From: Pseudomonadota bacterium
GTDB lineage: Bacteria; Desulfobacterota; Syntrophia; Syntrophales; UBA5619
Reading direction: 5' to 3'
Assembly: GCA_018819165.1 (NCBI GenBank)
Contig: JAHJQP010000173.1
Coordinates: 1 to 40,596, forward strand
Length of the DNA stretch: 40,596 nucleotides
Shown here: positions 36,565-40,596 of the stretch, in pieces
Layout: each line of letters starts with the position of its first letter
Position numbering within the stretch: position 1 is the first letter of the stretch
Made by a program: the position numbers and the translations under genes
The notes under the pieces: generated by a model
Database searches by the model: none
Told to the model about the DNA's origin: nothing
The model's input: the letters and a program-made list of their open reading frames with translations, nothing else

Positions 36565-38262
36565 CTAAGCAGCAACCGTTTCCGCAGGGCTAACCCGGCA
36601 GGGAAACCATATCCGGCAGATGGTTCCTTCCGCTGATTTGCTTTGAACATCGATTTTCCCCTCGTATCCTTCAACGAGCCGGCTGACCACCGCCAACCCC
36701 AGCCCTGTCCCAGTTTCCCGGGTCGTATAAAAAGGTTCGAAGATCTTTGTGAGATCCTGCCTGTCGATGCCGCAGCCCGTATCGATGATCCTGATTTCGA
36801 CGCCTTCTGTTTCATTGATCTTTGCGGGACGCGCTTTAATCGTCAGAACGCCTCCTTGAGGCATTGCCTGAACCGCATTGAGAACCAGATTCCAGATGAC
36901 CTGTCTGATTTCTGTCTTATTGGCATTGATGGAAAGCGGCGTGTCCGGCAGACGCATGACGACTTCCAGAAATTCATGCCAAGCCTTAATGCAGCGAAGG
37001 GACTCTACTACTTCCCTGATCGTACTGATGACGTCGACTTCCTCACGGATGCCGGGGGCGGGTCTCGCCATAAGGAGAAAATCCTTCAGGAAGTTTTCCA
37101 GCTGATCCTTCCCCCGGAGGATGATCTGCATCAGTTTTTCATTGGTGTCCTTGTGGGAAGGATCCTGCATGAGCATCTGAATCGAGCCGCTGATGGAGGA
37201 AAGCGGATTCCGGATCTCATGCGCAAGACCGGCTGCCACCTCGCCGATGAAGGCAAGCCTCCGGCTCTTTTCAAGGGATTCCCTCATTTCGCTGATTTCC
37301 GTCAAATCCTGGAAGATAACGATGTTCCCGATCTCGACGTTTTCATGATCCCGGAGGGGAGAGACGGAGCAACTCAGGAGCAGGCTCCTGCCATCACCAG
37401 TGTGAAATGGGGTTTCGAAATGGGTTTTCGCAACCGGTCTGTACTCAGCGGCGTTCTGTTTTCCCCTGAGGACGGGAAAGTCCGGGAAAACATCGGAGAA
37501 ATATTGGTTTATGACCTTACTGAAAGAGAAACCGGTGATTTCGGCGGCCGCGCGGTTGAGGGACTTGATCTTCCCATCCTTATTGACGGTCAGGATGCCT
37601 GTGTCCACCGACTCGATGATGCTCCGGTGCAGAAGATTGAGTTGATCGAAGTCGCTCTGCTTCCTGGCCAGAAGGGTTCTGGTCTGCTTCTCCTTTTCTA
37701 CGGCGAAGCTCGTTAGAAAGGCAATCAGATAGAAGGAAAGGACGTGGGTGGAGATCCTGGTGATAAAATAGCCGGTGTCCAGAAGCTTGTCATATACGGG
37801 AATCGAATGGAGGGGATAAATCACCCCGTAGAACTCCAGGTTTGCAAAAAGACCATATAAGATGGCGGCGGCGGAGGCGATGACCAGTCCTCCCCTTCTC
37901 CCGAGAAAGAGGACCGAATAGATGATGACGAGCGGATAAAAGGCCGAATAAATGCTGCGGATGCCGCCCGTGGCATATACCATGCCGGTGATTAGAAGGA
38001 CATCGCAGAGACTCTGAGTGTAGATATTCAACGAAAGGTTCCGTACATATTTCAAAAGGAGAAGGTAGAGGATAAAGAGAATATAGGTCAGAATGATCGT
38101 CCTGAATAATGCGGTTGCCGAGATCGCCGAAAAGGGCTCCATCCCCTTGATGTCGATAAACGCGGCAATCCCCAGAAGGAAGGTTACGATGGCCACTCGC
38201 GCAAGCATCAGCAAGCGGAGGCGGGATGTCGTGTTTTCCGGAAGCATGGACTTATCGGTCAT
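36565..38262 (-). CDS. polytopic sensor histidine kinase (multi-TM N-domain + PAS + HisKA + HATPase; PilS-like architecture)
   Basis: About 6 hydrophobic segments occupy the first ~190 aa. A PAS-like segment follows (IIESVDTGILTVNKDGKIKSLNRAAAEITG). The H-box is GLAHEIRNPLSSI, the N-box is NLVLNAVQAM, and the G-boxes are DTGCGI and GTGLGLAV. ATG 38262 is preferred over GTG 38271. Confidence 0.85.
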   Translation of the reverse strand: MTDKSMLPENTTSRLRLLMLARVAIVTFLLGIAAFIDIKGMEPFSAISATALFRTIILTYILFILYLLLLKYVRNLSLNIYTQSLCDVLLITGMVYATGGIRSIYSAFYPLVIIYSVLFLGRRGGLVIASAAAILYGLFANLEFYGVIYPLHSIPVYDKLLDTGYFITRISTHVLSFYLIAFLTSFAVEKEKQTRTLLARKQSDFDQLNLLHRSIIESVDTGILTVNKDGKIKSLNRAAAEITGFSFSKVINQYFSDVFPDFPVLRGKQNAAEYRPVAKTHFETPFHTGDGRSLLLSCSVSPLRDHENVEIGNIVIFQDLTEISEMRESLEKSRRLAFIGEVAAGLAHEIRNPLSSISGSIQMLMQDPSHKDTNEKLMQIILRGKDQLENFLKDFLLMARPAPGIREEVDVISTIREVVESLRCIKAWHEFLEVVMRLPDTPLSINANKTEIRQVIWNLVLNAVQAMPQGGVLTIKARPAKINETEGVEIRIIDTGCGIDRQDLTKIFEPFYTTRETGTGLGLAVVSRLVEGYEGKIDVQSKSAEGTICRIWFPCRVSPAETVAA

Positions 38263-38437
38263 TTTTCTCACTGACTCAGGGGGCGGCAGGTATCAAAGAA
38301 TGGTTGCCTGCCGGATTAACCCCCAAGTTACTTTCAGTGCCGCGAAAAGTCAACATCGTTGATGGAAAAGAATGATCTCCTAATACATAACCCCGCGACC
38401 TCCTCTCCGCAAGGTTTCCGCCGACAGAAGAGTTGTT

Positions 38438-38466
38438 GTTGACATTCCGGCGATTTCTCTCTATGA
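38438..38466 (+). promoter_or_regulatory. candidate sigma-70 promoter for comEC (TTGACA-17 nt-TATGAT)
   Basis: TTGACA at 38438..38443, a 17-nt spacer, then TATGAT at 38461..38466, about 70 nt upstream of ATG 38536. Confidence 0.5.
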
Positions 38467-38535
38467 TTCCAGTAAAATGCATCTCTCTCTTTTCATTTTC
38501 CGGCCTGCGTAAAAACCTGATACGGTGGTCGTGCA

Positions 38536-40596
38536 ATGCCAAGACCATTCCTCCCTCTACTGATTGCGCTCATCGCGGGAATCGCGTTCTCCAGTAATTT
38601 CGCGCTTCAAGACTTCCCAGTTCAGATCGGCTTGGTTGGGGGGCTGCTCCTGATCCTCCTGTCGCGCGGCCGGAAATGGGACCGGCTTTATTACCCCTCC
38701 CTGTTCATTTCCCTGTTTCTTCTCGGCATCCTCGACATGAATCTGTACCTTCATCCCCACATCGCGGGAAACCATATCCGCCATTTTGCGGGAGATGAAA
38801 AAATCCATGCAGAAGGGATGATCTGCGAGAACCCTCAAGTATCGCCTGAGAAGACGGAGCTGGTCGTCTCGGCCTTCCGAATCATCCGCAACGGGCAATA
38901 TGTACCGGTCTCGGGGCGTGTCCTCCTGAAAATCCGCGAGCCCTACCCCCTCCACTACGGGGATTTCATCCGTTTCCATACCCGACTCAGGGCGCCGCAC
39001 AATTTCAACAATCCCGGCGGCTTCGATTACGAAAGATATCTGCTTTTCCGCGGTATTCTCGTGCGTGGAAACATTAATGACGCCTCGGGATTTATCGTTC
39101 TGCGCCGGGAAAGGGGAAATCCAGTCCGGACGAGGCTCGAGCATTTCCGTGACTGGATCCGGGAGACCATTATGCAAGCGGCGCCGGGAACAGAGGGAAG
39201 GATCATTCAGGCGCTGATCCTCGGCGACCAGAAGGAGATCCCGAGAGAGGTCATGGAAAAGTTCAACCGGACGGGCACCACCCACATCATTGCCATCTCC
39301 GGGTTCCATGTCGGCATCGTTGCGGTATTTGCCCTCTTTCTGGCGCGCTTGTGCCTGAAAACGGAGTATCTGCTCCTGAGATGGAACATGGCCAAAATCT
39401 CGATGCTTTTTGCGATCCTCGTCGTCATCATTTACACTTTCATTGCCGGAGCGGGCATCTCGGTCGTCCGGGCCTCCATCATGGTGACGACCTTCATGTG
39501 CGCCATCCTCCTCAACCGTGAAGGCGATCTTTACAACACCCTGGCCCTGGCCGCTTTTTTCATTCTGATCATCACACCCTATTCGCTTTTCGATGTCTCC
39601 TTTCAGCTCTCCTTTATCGCCGTGGCATCGCTTCTTTTCCTGACGCCGAAACTTGTCGCCCTGTTGCCTCCGATTCCTCCTGACGGACACTCGAATTCGC
39701 TGAAGGAACCGTTTCTTCGTCATATTAAGAAAGCCGTCCGTGGCGTCGCGATCTTTTTCTTCGTTTCCCTGAGCGCCACGCTCGGCACTCTGCCTTTGAT
39801 CCTCCTCTACTACAACCGGCTTTCACTTATCACCCTCGCGGCGAACCTCCTCGTCGTTCCCCTGCTCGGCGTCCTCACGATTCCCCTTTGCCTGCTGATC
39901 ATCCTTGCAGTGCCGATCTCCGCGGCGCTGGCCGCTTTCATCATCCGGATTGCCGAACTGCCCGTCGGACTCGCCCTTTTTTTCATAGACCGGCTTGCGG
40001 CCCTGTCCTTTGCGGCGGTATTTGTCCCCACCCCCACCCTTCCGGAAATCGTGGCCTTCTATCTCCTGCTGATCTCGGCCGGTTTCTTCCTTGACCGGTT
40101 GAGCGCCAGGGGAGAGAAAGCGCCCTCACGAAAAATGTTCCTCCTGGGGAAAGTCCTTCCCGCGCTTCTGATCTTTTTTTTCATCAGCGACGGAATCCAC
40201 TTTTATCGGCAGGGACTACAGCGGGGAAGACTCACCCTGACCGCCGTGGATGTCGGCCAGGGGAGCGCCGTTCTGATCCGTTTCCCCGGCGGGAAGCGGA
40301 TGCTCGTAGATGGCGGCGGATTCTACGATGACACCTTCGATGTCGGCAAGTATGTCCTGGCCCCGTACCTCTGGCATGAACGGATCACCCGGATCGATAC
40401 GGTGGTCCTGACGCACCCCGATCGGGATCACTTGCAGGGGCTCTTGTTCATTCTTGAAAATTTTCACGTGCGCGAGGCGTGGATTAACGGGGAAACATCC
40501 GACACGGAGCTATATCTTTCCTTCCTCCGGATCATCCGGGAGAAGGGGATTGTCCTGCGGACCCTATCGTCCAGGACCCCCGAGACGGAGATTTCC
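38536..40596 (+). CDS. comEC: DNA internalisation-related competence protein ComEC/Rec2 (3' end beyond the window)
   Basis: Absent from the ORF track because it has no stop inside the window. My translation from ATG 38536 stays open for 687 codons. It reads MPRPFLPLLIALIAGIAF..., then YERYLLFRGI, NRTGTTHIIAISGFHVG (competence domain), then the metallo-beta-lactamase part LTAVDVGQGSAVLIRFPGGKRMLVDGGG...VLTHPDRDHLQG. Confidence 0.85.
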   Translation, partial: MPRPFLPLLIALIAGIAFSSNFALQDFPVQIGLVGGLLLILLSRGRKWDRLYYPSLFISLFLLGILDMNLYLHPHIAGNHIRHFAGDEKIHAEGMICENPQVSPEKTELVVSAFRIIRNGQYVPVSGRVLLKIREPYPLHYGDFIRFHTRLRAPHNFNNPGGFDYERYLLFRGILVRGNINDASGFIVLRRERGNPVRTRLEHFRDWIRETIMQAAPGTEGRIIQALILGDQKEIPREVMEKFNRTGTTHIIAISGFHVGIVAVFALFLARLCLKTEYLLLRWNMAKISMLFAILVVIIYTFIAGAGISVVRASIMVTTFMCAILLNREGDLYNTLALAAFFILIITPYSLFDVSFQLSFIAVASLLFLTPKLVALLPPIPPDGHSNSLKEPFLRHIKKAVRGVAIFFFVSLSATLGTLPLILLYYNRLSLITLAANLLVVPLLGVLTIPLCLLIILAVPISAALAAFIIRIAELPVGLALFFIDRLAALSFAAVFVPTPTLPEIVAFYLLLISAGFFLDRLSARGEKAPSRKMFLLGKVLPALLIFFFISDGIHFYRQGLQRGRLTLTAVDVGQGSAVLIRFPGGKRMLVDGGGFYDDTFDVGKYVLAPYLWHERITRIDTVVLTHPDRDHLQGLLFILENFHVREAWINGETSDTELYLSFLRIIREKGIVLRTLSSRTPETEIS

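Noticed and set aside
38557-39723. 388-aa minus-strand ORF, the longest ORF listed for this region
   Set aside because: It is antisense to the comEC frame (38536..>40596, +). That frame is missing from the track only because it has no stop in the window. The minus ORF translation is Arg/Asp/Glu low-complexity, whereas the + frame gives canonical ComEC motifs.

Overview
40.6-kb chromosomal segment that is densely coding, with about 33 protein genes. I recognised no rRNA, tRNA, CRISPR array, transposase or integrase. G+C looks a little above 50% by eye, except for one sharply AT-rich intergenic island. Most genes are housekeeping. On the + strand: dtd, guaB, dnaE, purM, purN, pfk, rpmB and recJ. 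On the - strand: recG, hom, an ApgM-like gene, a YbgC-like thioesterase, a TPR protein, iorAB and a cbpA-like gene. The gene content includes indolepyruvate:ferredoxin oxidoreductase, an archaeal-type ApgM-like gene next to hom, a sigma-54 two-component pair, and a HAAT ABC transporter with an embedded acyl-CoA ligase. This suggests an anaerobic Desulfobacterota/Syntrophia-like organism, which is inference only. Two genes are missing from the ORF track because they run off the window: a B12/radical-SAM gene (1..1311, -) and comEC (38536..40596, +). The most interesting signals are as follows. (1) A candidate transcription attenuator sits in front of the ABC-transporter/CoA-ligase operon: a 35-codon Phe-rich leader ORF overlaps mutually exclusive anti-antiterminator, antiterminator and terminator helices. 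(2) A fusion protein combines a MerR-type HTH, a PAS-like region and a class III nucleotidyl cyclase. It is preceded by a 25% G+C island and has a G9 homopolymer in its ribosome-binding region. (3) A GNAT gene overlaps a stand-alone DUF2156 (MprF C-domain-like) gene, and the pair has its own near-consensus promoter. (4) An ApgM-like gene is positioned as a possible ThrB replacement. All functional calls rest on motif recognition by eye. No searches or folding programs were run.
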